From positions 217,124,001 to 217,188,000 of the forward strand of contig OZ024741.1 of the NCBI GenBank assembly GCA_964016885.1: 64,000 bases of DNA, read 5' to 3'. The notes below the pieces were generated by a model. The model saw only the letters and a list, made by a program, of their open reading frames with translations. It did no database searches and was not told where the DNA came from. Position 1 is the stretch's first letter, and each line of letters opens with the position of its first letter. Both the position numbers and the translations under genes were made by a program. Below are positions 12,121-24,222 of this stretch, piece after piece. The DNA comes from Eledone cirrhosa. Taxonomy: Eukaryota.

Positions 12121-12405
12121 AATTAGAAAGTGAACAACACAAAATATAACTACTCCATTACCAAAGGTTTCTGGATCCCAGACAATATTAATATACGCTT
12201 AGATTGGTCATCAGACAGAGATGTTATCTCAGAGATAACGACTCTGTCTGATGACCAATCCAGTCGTATATTAATATCATCTGAGATCCAGAAACCTTTG
12301 GTAATGGAGTAGTTATATTTTGTGTTGTTCACTTTCTAATTAAATAGCTCTGTTCTATACATAGAACACTCTTTTTTTTTTTTGCTTTTCCTTCGGAATT
12401 ACCTA
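12121..12405. mobile_element. Foldback element with mirrored hammerheads (12241-12310 plus; mirror ~12151-12220 minus)
   Basis: ~105-bp inverted arms 12121-12341. Stem I ACTCTGT/ATGGAGT, CTGATGA at 12248, GAAA-CC-TTT-GG-TA; long, imperfect stem II. Confidence 0.72.
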
Positions 12406-12899
12406 ACACACACACATATATATATAAACTAAATATAATTATATATATGTGTGTGTGTGTGTGTGTATAATTATATACTATATATATACATTAATGATAT
12501 ATATTATATATATATAATAGTTTTAACCAAATATTATAACTGGGGCTTTGATCCAACAAGAATATTTTTCAACAGCATATATTAAATAAATAGATAGATA
12601 AATAAATAAAATCCTTTTTTGTTTAAAGTTTTTAAATGATAATTATATATGCAAGATAAATGAGAGCAGGGAATGTAAGCTAAACATTCTTTGTTGGGGA
12701 GGATATCACAGCCATGTCCCATATATACGAGAGTGGGGGGGGAAGCTGGTGACAGATTGACACAGAAATAGACATTTAGATAAAAAGACAAATAGGTAAA
12801 AAGACAGATTGTTGATAAATAAAAAGATAGAGAGAGAGAAAGAGAGATAGAGAGAGAGAAAGAGAGACAGAGAGAGAAAGAGAGACAGATAGATAGATA

Positions 12900-15800
12900 T
12901 ATTTCTTTATTAGCCACAAGGGCGCACAAGAAAAGGGGACAATACAAAGACATGCCGGGGATTTTACATACAGTCGTGTAAAAAATATAAAAAACAAACA
13001 ATTACAACAATCGAAATCCCCAACAGGGGGGAGGCGCCACAAATGGGTTGTTTAATACCCCGTCGATAGAACAACCCTCAACTCCAGGAGCATGTTGTGC
13101 AAGTGCTCCTTTCTTCCTTTTGCTCTCTTCCTCAACCTACAGGCTTATAAACAGAGAAGGCCCATCACTCGGGCCATTTTCGCTTCATTCACCCACCTTT
13201 CAGTAAATTTACTGGGGTGCAGTGCCTCTCTCTCCACTCTGATTCGCCTTCTAAAGTGATACTTAAAGAATGGAATCAATTGTTATCCGGAGAGAAAGGC
13301 ATCTGTCCTCAGTCCTCTCAACCTCGTCCACCATATAACTTCTTTCACCATAGCCACCGTACAGAGGAAAACCGCCTCTCTTTCGTTTTTGAAAGAGGCT
13401 GGCGGTTTGATCCTTATTATGGACTCGGCAGTCAACTGGATTTGTCCCATACGCGACAGCAGTTGTTCTGCATAGTTCCACAGGTCGATTACGCCCGGGC
13501 AGTGTACAATTGCGTGCAGGACTGTTTCAATGTCCTGCGCGCATCTTGGACACGTCCTCTTGGAAGGATCCCTGCCGGGGCGTCTGTGCCTGTAGATCTT
13601 GTCACGAACCGGTAGAGCTCCTCGGTAGCACTGCCAGGCCAGGGACCTCTGGAAGTTGTCCATAGGTCCCAGGCGGAAAGTCCTACCAAACAGACTGGTG
13701 AGCTCATCGTCTTCGACGCCCAGAGTCTCTCCGAGCACGTCGTCACCCTTGTAACGTACAATCCCTCTATAGAATGTCGAAGTGGAGTCTCCACTGATTG
13801 CTGCGCCCGCTTGCCAGAGGACTGTGAGCGCCTGAGCGCATTCAATGTGCCAGGCGCCCATCGTTTTCGGTCTTTTCTTCACCCAGGACTGCAGCTCCGT
13901 CAGCGAGACGAGCTGTGGGAAAGCCTGTCTCACAAACGGTGCCCACACCAGTTGGGGGTCGGTGAGGAATACCTGGAGATGCCGCAGCCTCAGCGCATGT
14001 TTGCGCATCATCAGCCACGGCATTCCCAGCCCTCCGTTGGAAGGGTGCTGACAGCAGACGGATCTCCTCACCAGCGGAGCCTGCTTCTTCCACAGAAACT
14101 GGAAGAGCATGCGTTCCATCTTGGCGAGGTGTTCACGAGGACAAGGCACAACAGTCAAGCGGTAGTAGATGACGGACGCTATGAAAGTGTTCACCACCTC
14201 CACTCGACTTTTCAAGGACAGTTTGCACTCTGCCCACTTCTGGATGAGTGCAAACACCTTGGCCGTGACCTCGTTCCAGTTTTTCTCCACCTGGAGGTCT
14301 GGACCGAACCAGACCCCGAGCAATTTCACCTGTCCGTCCGTCCAGCGTCCAACGACGCTGTCGGACGTCATCGCTTTGCCTCTCCACGTACCGAGTTGCA
14401 AACCGACAGACTTGTCCGGGTTTAGTTTTGCTCCCATCAGCGTTTCGTATTCTTTCAGTAAGTTGCCGATCACCCCGATTTCCGAGGTGCTCGACACCAT
14501 TACTGTCATGTCGTCGGCATAAGCCGACGCCGCTTTGCGCAGTTCTGGTTCTAGAGGGATGCCCTGCAACAGCTCCAATTTCTGCAGAAGTGGCTCTAGA
14601 GTCAATACATACAGAATGGAGGAGAGAGAGCACCCCTGTCGAATGTAACGCGTGATTGCGAACGGCTCCGATAGGTAGCTGTTCACCTTGACCCTCGAGC
14701 AGATGCTGGTGTGCATCGCCTCGATCCATCCTCTGAACACGGGACCGAAACCGGCCGCCTTGAGAACCGCTTCCAAGTATCGATGGTCGACCCTATTGAA
14801 TGCCTTAGACTGATCCAAGTTGATCAGAGCCCCACCGAAGCCGGGTTTACTACCCACCCTCTCTATGATGTATCGCATGAGGTAGAGGTTGTCGTGTATG
14901 GACCTGGTCGGGATTGCACACGTTTGCGCTTTCCCTACCATGTTCTCGACGACAAGCGCCAACCTCGTCGCTAGCACCTTGGCCAAAATCTTTAACTCTG
15001 TGTTGAGCAGAGTTATGGGCCTGAAGTTGTTAATTTCGTCCCCCTTGTTCTCGTCTTTCTTGATCAGCGTTACTACGCCCTTGCCTGCAGAACTGGGAAT
15101 TCTCCCATTCTGCTGCCAATTGCAGTAGACGGCTTCGAGGACGCTAGAGAACAACTCCGGCATGCCTATGTAAAATTCGTAGGGTAAACCATCTAGACCG
15201 GGTGACTTGCGTTTCCCGCAGCGGCCCAGAGCGTCCCGTATCTCAGTGTCCGTGGTCGGTGTTTCGCAGAACTCGCCGTCCGCGTTCGAGAGACGCGGCA
15301 GGCCGTCGAGGTATGAACTAAAGTCCATTGCCCCGTTCGGCTCACTGTCGTTCTGCTCAAACAGTTGCGCAAAGTGCCGCTGAAAGGCAGCGCACATTTG
15401 CTTGGGGTCAAGTAGCACGCGTCCGTTTTGGTCTTTCAAAGACCGAATCGTGGACTTGTTGCCACTTTTTGCCTCCGCCACTCGGGCCCAGCTGACAGCT
15501 TTCGCTCCTTCGTTTCCTAGAGCACGTGTTTTGCTTCTGACCACGCAGCCTTCGTGTTTTGCATCGAAGAACTGGTCCAGTGCCGTTCTCAACGCTAACA
15601 CTCTAGCCGCGTTGCCACTTCTAAGTGCCTCCTCTACCTTGGCTACTAGTTCTCTTTCTATTCTGTTTTTCTCTAAGGCTAACTCTCTGCTATATCCTAT
15701 CGATTCTATTCTAATTGCTTTCTTGATAGAGTACCACCATCTATTGTTGACGATGGCTCCCGTTAACTGTTGCTTGACTAGTCTACTTATCCGTTCACTG

Positions 15801-18800
15801 TAAGCTTTACGTGCCGGCAACGACACGTTCAGCTTCCAGTATCCGGGACCCTGTCTATGTATTCTATCACGGTTGACTAAGCAGACGACTAACTTGTGAT
15901 CTGAATAGGCAACCATGTGCATTCGTGGACAGCTTTACATCTCATTGTCCCTTTCTCTAATGAAGAACCTATCTAAATACGATCTAGATGTCCCACTGCG
16001 CTTTGCCCACGTCCACTGTGGTGCAGTCGGGAAATCCAGTCGATACCTATCGGCCAGTTGGAATTGGCTGATTAAAGTTTTGAGGCTGTTGCACCCCGCT
16101 CTACTGGGACATGCTCCCACATAGTCCCATCGTGTATCTAGGATACCATTCCAGTCCCCCACTAAAAGTAAGGAGCGAGACGTTCCCAGAAAAGACTCTA
16201 GACGCTTAAAGAAGTCTGGCCGTGATTGCGATTGCCCGGTCGGGGCATAAACGGCCACCAGTCTGAAGGCTCCACCTCCAATACTGTTCACGTCTAGGAC
16301 TACCAGTCTACCCTCCGGGTCTAAGTGTACTTAATGTACTCCGACGTCCAGGTTCTTCCGAAACATGACAGCCACTCCACCTCCACCTCCTGGCTGACAG
16401 AGAGATGTCTAGATCTCAAAGTCATCGAAGATGGGGGTTAGTTGCTGCCTGTTGTGGATCCTGGACTCGGTGATGGCTATCACATCCATACTGTGTGACC
16501 TAAGGTCGTTTAAAAGTTGGCCCTGTTTCCAGGGCATCCCTAGGCCACGCACATTCACGGTTCCAACTCGTAAACTAGCCATGTTGGTGAAGAAAAGTTG
16601 GAGAAAAAGGACGAAAGGTGCACTTACCTTTTCGTTTCCTGGAGATCGGGTTGTTCAATCTCCATTTGGGTGCTGGATGGGGTGGGGAAACATTTTAACA
16701 GGACGCAGTTGATGGGTTTGTGGCAGGGGTTGCCTACGTCCTGTGAAAATTTATTTTTTAGGTCATTATAGGTTTCCATAGAAACCCTTATAAGTTTAAG
16801 GTGTGGAGGCGATTCTGCCTTGACGAAAGTTTTGCCCTCCGTCTCCACCTTGGGGTTTTGGGAGATGACCTCCATCAAACTCTTGTTGTTTGTGTTGATG
16901 TATGCGTATTGTTGTTTGTGTTTTTGTTGTGTTGTTTTAGTTTGTTGTTCGTCCGGGAGTTTTCTTTTTATAGTGGGTGCTTGTGTTTGGGGTGGTGTTG
17001 GTGCTGGTTTTGCTGATAGGGGGATGTTTGACTGTGGTGTTGTTTGTGTCTGTGGTTGTGTGTTGGTGTTGGTGATTGGAGTTTTTGGGGTTTTGTGGTG
17101 TCTCTTTTTTTGTATTTTAGATTTCCGCGGTTCTCCCTCTTCTTCACATAAAGTAGGAGAAGCAGCTTCATCCGTCGATGAATAATCATTGTTAGGTGTG
17201 TGGGGTAGGGGTATGTTGTGTGGTGGTGGTGTTTCGGTGTGTGTGTTTGTGGTAGTGTTTGATGGAGTGGGATGGAGTGGGATGGAGTGGGGCTGTGTTC
17301 TTCAGGGGTGTTGTCTCTGTTTTTTCTGTTGTTGTTGGTTGAGTGTCTGTTTGTTTTGGTGTGGTTGCCCGTTTCGTCTGTCATTGTACTTGTGGTGGTG
17401 GTGGTTGCTTTGGTGTTGGTGTTGGTAACAGTGTTTTCTTTGTATTGTTTTGGTTGAGCATGTTTGTAAATGGCAGGAGGCCTTTAGGTGTGTGGTGCTA
17501 TTGCAACGAAAGCAATGTGGTTTTCGTCCCTCAACTACAATATTTATGTGGCTTTTTCTGGTATTTTGGAGATTCTTTCCGGGCTCATTTACACCAGAAT
17601 CTCCAAATTTGTACCAGACCAGGTGTGTCTGGTTGACTTTTTGATGGAGAGAATAGTGTCTTTTCTCTCCTCTAAAAATCCTGCCAATATCCACCAAATA
17701 TTAATATTTGGTGGTATGTTTGAAACTCTAATTTTTTGTGTCCTTTTTTCCAGGTATGTAGGGAAAAAGGTGTATTTTTGTGACAGTATTGGCGTCACTG
17801 AATATCTTTATGCAAGGGCCTCGCTTTTGGGGAGTACCGAAATACTCCCGTACTGTTTGGCCCTCTGCATAAAGTCAATGTCTGGCAATATCTTTATTAA
17901 GGTTGCCTCTATTTCCCCTTGACTGAGGAATGTTGTTTTTTTTTGTTTCATTTGAAACAGTTCTAAAGGTGATTATCCTTCGAAATGTTTCCAGACGAAT
18001 TTCTGGGGGTGAGTTTATCTGAAATCCCCCGTTTTCACCGAAAATGATAAACTCCTTTGCTTCAGTTTCGCATTGGAGATATCGAGATCCGTGAAATCTT
18101 GTGTCTTGGTGACTGTTTGCGCAAAAGTTTTTTTGGTGGTGTTGTTGTTGTTGTTGTGGTTGTCGGGTTTTCCATTTGTAGTTGTGTCAATGGTTTTATT
18201 TTCTGTTGTTTTTTTCGTCTGTTGTACTATGTGTGGTTCGATCTTGTTTTTATTTTTGTTGTTCATATTGGTTTCCATGGTGACGCCAATACATGCGGAG
18301 TTAGAAGTAACGTTATTATTATTATTTGTGACTGTTTCTGTATAAGTTATTTTGTTGTTGTTGTTATTGTTGTTGTTGTTGTGGTTGTCAGGTTTTCCGT
18401 TTGTAGTTGTGTCAATTGTTTTTTTTTGTTGATTTTAGTGTGTGTTGTATACTGTGTGGTTCACTGTGCGATTCAATTTTGTTTGTGTTGTCTACTTCAC
18501 TTTCATTACACAAAGCTCTGTTGTTAACTACCTCGATACAGGCAGAATTTTTAGCAACGTTAAAGTCTATTTCTTTTCTTTTTCCTTCTTCAACGTTCGC
18601 TAGCGTTCCTTGAACGCTTGCCATAGCTGATGGCAAAATATTAAAAATTTGAAAACTGTTTAAAAATTTTTAATATTTTGCCATTCAAGGAACGCTAGCG
18701 AATGTTGAAGAAGGAAAAAGAATGTTGAAGAAGGAAAAAGAATGTTGAAGAAGGAAAAAGAATGTTGAAGAAGGAAAATGAAAATTAATTTGAAAATTGT

Positions 18801-18830
18801 TTAAAAATAAGATTGCCTTGCCACCCAGCT
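12900..18830 (-). mobile_element. Near full-length Tx1/L1-clade LINE (ORF1 + ORF2), mildly decayed
   Basis: ORF1 fragments from 18636 with a CFRCNSTTHLKASC zinc knuckle. ORF2 starts at 16582 (MASLRVGTVNVRGL, APE LVGDWN, SYLDRF, SDHK) and includes an 879-aa RT segment 15922-13283 (LDQSKAF, RQGCSLS, YADD, C-terminal CPRC...HAIVHC). The 3' end AATAAAGAAAT abuts (ATCT)/(CT)n. Confidence 0.93.
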
Positions 18831-19469
18831 GACAAGTCAATCTACAAAATGTTATGTTTTTTCAAACAATTAGTTCGGTTTTTTGTATAGAAATTAACAA
18901 AAAAGCTTACCGGCGATGTTCCACACGTCAGACAGAAAGAGAGATAGATAGATAGATAGATAGAGAGACAGATAGCTAAAGACAGCCAGATAGAGAGACA
19001 GAGGCAATAGAGAAACAAAGACACCAAGAGTGAGTAATAGTGAGGGGAAAATAGATAGAGAAAAATTTGAACAGACAGACAGATAGAAAGACAGAAAGTC
19101 AGTCGGAAGGAGAGGGAGAGAGAGACAGTGAGGGTGAAAGAAATAATCAGTTTATCAGGAAAATCCGACCACCTTATCCATAAAAACTCCAAATTTTGTT
19201 GGATCGCCAGGAGTATATTTTTCAAAAACCATTTTATCTAATTTATTCAGTGTTTCTGGAAGTCGACTGCAAAGAAAAAAAAAAGAGATAAAAGATAATA
19301 ATTTCTAATATAGGCACAATTGGGGGAGGGAGGGGGGGAGGGGGGGGGGGTAAATCCAGCCAAGTACATTACTGGTACTTTATTTCATAGACCCTGTTAG
19401 GATGAAAGGCAAATCTAACCGGGGTTTGAACTGAGAACGTAAAGGGACGTAACTATATAATGCAAAGCA

Positions 19470-21700
19470 TATATTGTCAGGGAGAAGTGTGTACTTAACG
19501 ATGATGGCATACTTGCCATCACCGACGCTGATAAGAAGGTAGCTTGGAAGTGTCACTATGAAAGGCTACTAAATGAGGAGAATAAATGGGAGAAAGACAG
19601 TCTCCCCCATATCGACCCAATAGAGAGACCAGCAGTGTTAGTCGAGGGGAGTATAATAAGTAAGGCAATCAAGGATATGAAGACGGGTAAGGCGGCTGGG
19701 CCTTCGGAAATAGTTGCTGAGATGCTGAAGGCATCTGGCACGGTGGGACACACCATGGTCACCCGCATAGTTAACCAAGTCGTACAGAATGGGGTTGTTC
19801 CGAAGGACTGGCATAGCAGCATCATCGTTAACTGTTATAAGGGTAAAGGAGACGCCCTAGATAGGAGTAACTATAGAGGCATTAAATTAATCGACCAGGT
19901 CATGAAGGTCACGGAAAAAGTAATAGCGCAACTAATCAGAGAGAGAATTGACCTAGATGAAATGCAGTTCGGGTTTGTGTCAGGCAAAAGTACCACAGAC
20001 GCTCTTTTCATTGTACGACAACTACAGGAGAAGTACCTAGCTAAAGGTAAACCCCTCTACTTAGCTTTTGTCGACTTGGAGAAAGCCTTCGACAGAGTCC
20101 CCCGCTCCATTATCTGGTGGGCTCTTAAAAAACTAGGCGTTGACGAATGGCTTGTGAGAGCTATACAAGCCATGTATAAAGAAACAGTCAGCAAGGTTAG
20201 AATTAACAACGAATATAGTGAAGAGTTTAGCGTAAAAGTTGGCGTCCATCAGGGCTCTGTTCTCAGCCCCCTACTATTTATTATTGCCCTTCAGGCTATA
20301 ACAGAGGAGTTCAAGACCGGCTGCCTATGGGAACTCCTATACGCAGACGACCTGACACTCATAGCGGAATCAATGGCCGAGCTAGAGAAGAAATTCCAAA
20401 CATGGAAGCACGGCCTAGAATCAAAAGGACTTAAAATTAACCTGGCTAAGACTAAAGTTCTAGTTTGTAGGAAAGGAAATAAGGCGGCGGTCCCTTCTGG
20501 GAAATGGTCGTGTTCGGTGTGTAGGAAAGGCGTAGGTAGAAACTCCATTTTATGTCCTAAATGCAAAGTATGGGTGCATAAAAGATGTAGTGGGATCACA
20601 GGTAAGCTAATTAAGAACATAGATTTTACATGTGGCCGGTGCTCTGGTGCAATAAGTAGCAGCAAGTGCCCACAAAATACTAGCTCTTTCAATTGCGCAG
20701 AGGGTTCTATAGAAATAGTGGACAGCTTCCGTTACCTGGGCGATAAAATCAGCAGTGGGGGAGGGTGCTCTGAAAGTACAGTAGCTAGAGTCAGAACTGG
20801 TTGGAAAAAGTTCAGAGAGCTTATACCACTATTAGCTGCTAAAGGGTTCTCCCTAAAAATGAAAGGCAGGTTGTACGATGCCTGCATACGAACAGCAATG
20901 TTGCATGGTAGTGAGACCTGGGCATTGTGTGCAGAGGATATACGCAGACTAGAGAGGAACGAAGCTTGCATGCTCCGCTGGATGTGTAACAGTAATATAC
21001 GTGAACGGCAAAGCATAAACGAACTAAGGAAAAAATTAGAAATAAGAGGGATCAGATGTTGTTTACTCGAGAGAAGGCTACGTTGGTATGGACACGTGAT
21101 GCACATGAAAGTCGATAGCTGTATAACAAAGTGCAGGGCAATAAAGATAGACGGTAGCCACGGAATAGGCAGACCTAGAAAAACCTGGGACGAGCTGATA
21201 AACTCCGACCTCACACACTTACACCTCTCCAAGACAATGTCACTGGACCGAGACCTTTGGCGGTACTCAGTAACAGAGAAGACCCGCCTTACCTAAATAC
21301 ATAGTAAAACCTACTATAGCCAGTAGGCATCTCTAACAAAATACACCCCGTCCCACCACCACCACCCCCACCCCATCCACACCACCCCGTTCTATGTAAA
21401 GTTATGTTGGTGCCGCGCCATCCAGGCCGAAACAAATGAGATCGTGTAGGTGTCACGACAAAAAAACACACAGTCCACGCTGTAATGTGGCCGTGTAGGC
21501 AACACGGTAAAAACCTCCCAGACCTACACTGTAAATGTGGTTGGTGTTAGGAAGGGCATCCAACTGTAGAAAACCTGCCAGACAGTCCTATGCGAGCAAG
21601 ACAATCACTCTTGCCTCAAGTGGGACTACCCCCGTCCAAACCCATGCAAGCGTGGAACACGGACGTTAAACGTTGATGATGATGATGATGATGATGTTGT
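19470..21700 (+). mobile_element. 5'-truncated RTE LINE with uninterrupted RT ORF (19635-21296)
   Basis: 553 aa with AFVDLEKAFDRVP, GVHQGSVLSP, LLYADDL, an internal C4HC3 finger, FRYLG and LHGSETW; 3' UTR and (GAT)n tail. Confidence 0.95.
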
Positions 21701-21797
21701 ACAAAGCAAAGCTCTACCAATAATAAATGATAATAATAATATTAATTGTATCTAATTCATGATCAAAGCCAATATTTGGGAGACAGGTACGGTCATA

Positions 21798-22265
21798 TCT
21801 ATATATATAAAGTTGTATTCCTGTCTGTTTGTTTGTTCATGAACTCCTCCTATGGTTTTGGAGATAGATCACTATAACCATATATATTCTGAAACTACAT
21901 TGCCCAGGGTACTTGAATAAGTATATTTCATTTTAATCAAAGGGTTCCCCGGGAGCACAAAACCCCTGCTGAAAATTTTTTCCCTTCGATTTATATGAAA
22001 TTTAAACCATAGGTAAAGATATGATGCCTATTCACAAAAGTTTTGAATTAATATTTTGAAAAAAATTATTTACAAGAAACAAAATAAGAATAAGATTTAA
22101 TAATGTAATTTTGATTTGATATATTACAAAAAATAATGTTTTCCAATTTTTCATGCATTACATTTTACATTGAGTAATATTGAAATGCAGGGTTTTTCTC
22201 CATAAATTATATCACTTTTTTTTACAAAAAAAATGTGTGAAACGCAGCAAGGCGTGGGTAATTCG

Positions 22266-22267
<2 letters not shown>
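21798..22267 (+). mobile_element. Non-autonomous Helitron-like element
   Basis: 5' TCTATATATATAAA...tgtctgtttgtttg; 3' GC-rich hairpin-like acgcagcaaggcgtgggtaattcggc resembling the Helitron end at 61719 (terminal CTAG lost into a TG tract). Confidence 0.5.
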
Positions 22268-22338
<71 letters not shown>

Positions 22339-22359
<21 letters not shown>

Positions 22360-23570
22360 CCTGGAAGCAGGGACTAGAGAGAAAGGGCCTCAAAGTCAAC
22401 ATGACAAAGACTAAGGTCCTTATAAGTAGACGAGAAAACAGAACCCAGATCCCCTCAGGGAAATGGCCTTGCTCAGTATGTAGGAAAGGTGTAGGTAGGA
22501 ACTCCATTCTTTGCCCCAAATGCAAACAATGGGTACACAAGAGATGTAGCGGGATCTCAGGAAGCTTAATTAAGAATGTAGGATTCACATGCAGCAGCTG
22601 TGCTGAAACAGCAAGCAAACAGCCACAGGAAACAAGTACCACCAATCTCTGGGAGGGCCCTGTAGAAACAGTAGACAGCTTCTGCTACCTAGGTGACCGA
22701 ATTAGCAACGGAGGTGGGTGCTCAGAAAGTACAATAACTAGGGTAAGAACGGGATGGAAGAAGTTTAGGGAACTACTACCACTGCTAGCTGCAAAAGGCT
22801 TCTCCCTCAGAATGAAAGGCAGACTGTATGATGCGTGTATCCGAACAGCGATGTTGCATGGTAGTGAGACCTGGGCGCTGAAGGTGGAAGACTTACGTAG
22901 ATTAGAGAGAAACGAAGCCTGCATGCTCCGATGGATGTGTAACAGTAATATACGTGAACGACAAAGCATAAATGAATTGAGAGAGAGACTGAGCATAAGA
23001 GGAATCAAATGCTGCGTGCAGGAGAGGCGGTTACGCTGGTATGGACATGTGATGCGTATGAAGGATGACAGCTGCATAAAAAGGTGCAGAGCACTAGAAG
23101 TTGATGGAAACCGCGGAGTGGGGAGACCCAAGATGACTTGGGATGAGGTGATAAAAGCCGACCTTACCCAACTACACCTCTCAAAGTCAATGACACACGA
23201 CCGTGACTTCTGGCGTCACGCAGTAATACAGGGTACCCGACCTCCCATGGGTACATGCTGAAGCATATAAACAATATGCCCCCCCCCCCCCCCCCCACCG
23301 CAAGGTGGTCGTGGAGGTGCCACGGCAAAAAAGCACCCAGCCCACACTGTAAAGTGGACGTGTAGGCGCCACGAAAAAGCACCCAGCACTCACTGTAAAT
23401 GAGGTTGGTGTTAGGAAGGGCATCCAGCTGTAGAAATCAAGCCAGATCAGTTCCTGTATGAGCAAGGCATGGTCAGCCGACCAGACACTGCCCACAACAG
23501 GACAACCCGTCTAACCCATGCTAGCGTGGAAGAACGGACGTAAAACGGTGATGATGATGATGATGATGAT
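22339..23570 (+). mobile_element. 5'-truncated RTE LINE (second subfamily)
   Basis: C-terminal RTE ORF to 23261, then 3' UTR and (GAT)n. Near-identical subfamily copy at 49810-50885. Confidence 0.9.
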
Positions 23571-24065
23571 ATATATATATATATATATATATATAGAAGG
23601 CACATGGATTAGTGGTTAGAACATTGGCCTTGCAATCGAAAGTTGTGAGTTCAATTCTCAGACCGGGTGATGTGTTGTTTCCTTCACATTGCTGTGATGT
23701 GATGTTTATTTCACATTGCTCCAGTTTACTCAGCTGTAGAAATGAGATGATAGGGACTGGGGTCCCTATCATTCCACTGCAAAGTGGTCGTGGAGGTGCC
23801 ACGGAAAAAAAGCACCCAGCACTCACTGTAAACGAGGTTGGCGTTAGGAAGGGCATCCAGCTGTAGAAATCAAGCCAGAATCAGTTCCCGTCCCACCCTT
23901 GCAAGCAGGGAAAAGCGGAAGTAAAAATGATGATGATGATATACACACACACACACATATATATATATGGACTGTAACATCCAGTTACTGTAGGTTCACC
24001 AGAGTGAGTACTCGATGCGTAGTTTCCAGTAAGTATAGAGGTGTAGAACTAAGTAGAGTGTAATA

Positions 24066-24222
24066 ATAATAATTGTTTCTACTTTAGGCACAAGGCCAGC
24101 AATTAACCAGTACATTACTGGTACTTTATTTTATCGACCCTGTAAGGATGAAAGGCAAAGTTAACCTTGGCGGGATTTGAACTCAGACCGTAAAGGGACG
24201 TAACTATGCTAGAAAGCATGGC
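24066..24222 (-). mobile_element. tRNA-derived SINE family 2 (gcctttcatccttacggggtcgataaaataaagtacc core)
   Basis: Recurrent element. Copies at ~19300-19470(-), 29226-29400(+), 38540-38800(+), 39430-39560(-), 40277-40460(-), 42150-42350(+), 42764-42870(-), 57030-57160(-). Confidence 0.8.

Noticed and set aside
12130-12332. Near-identical 60-aa ORFs on both strands
   Set aside because: A by-product of the inverted repeat; non-ATG starts and no domain.
13811-14425. 204-aa and other antisense ORFs over LINE coding regions
   Set aside because: Shadow ORFs of GC-rich retrotransposon sequence with no recognisable motifs.
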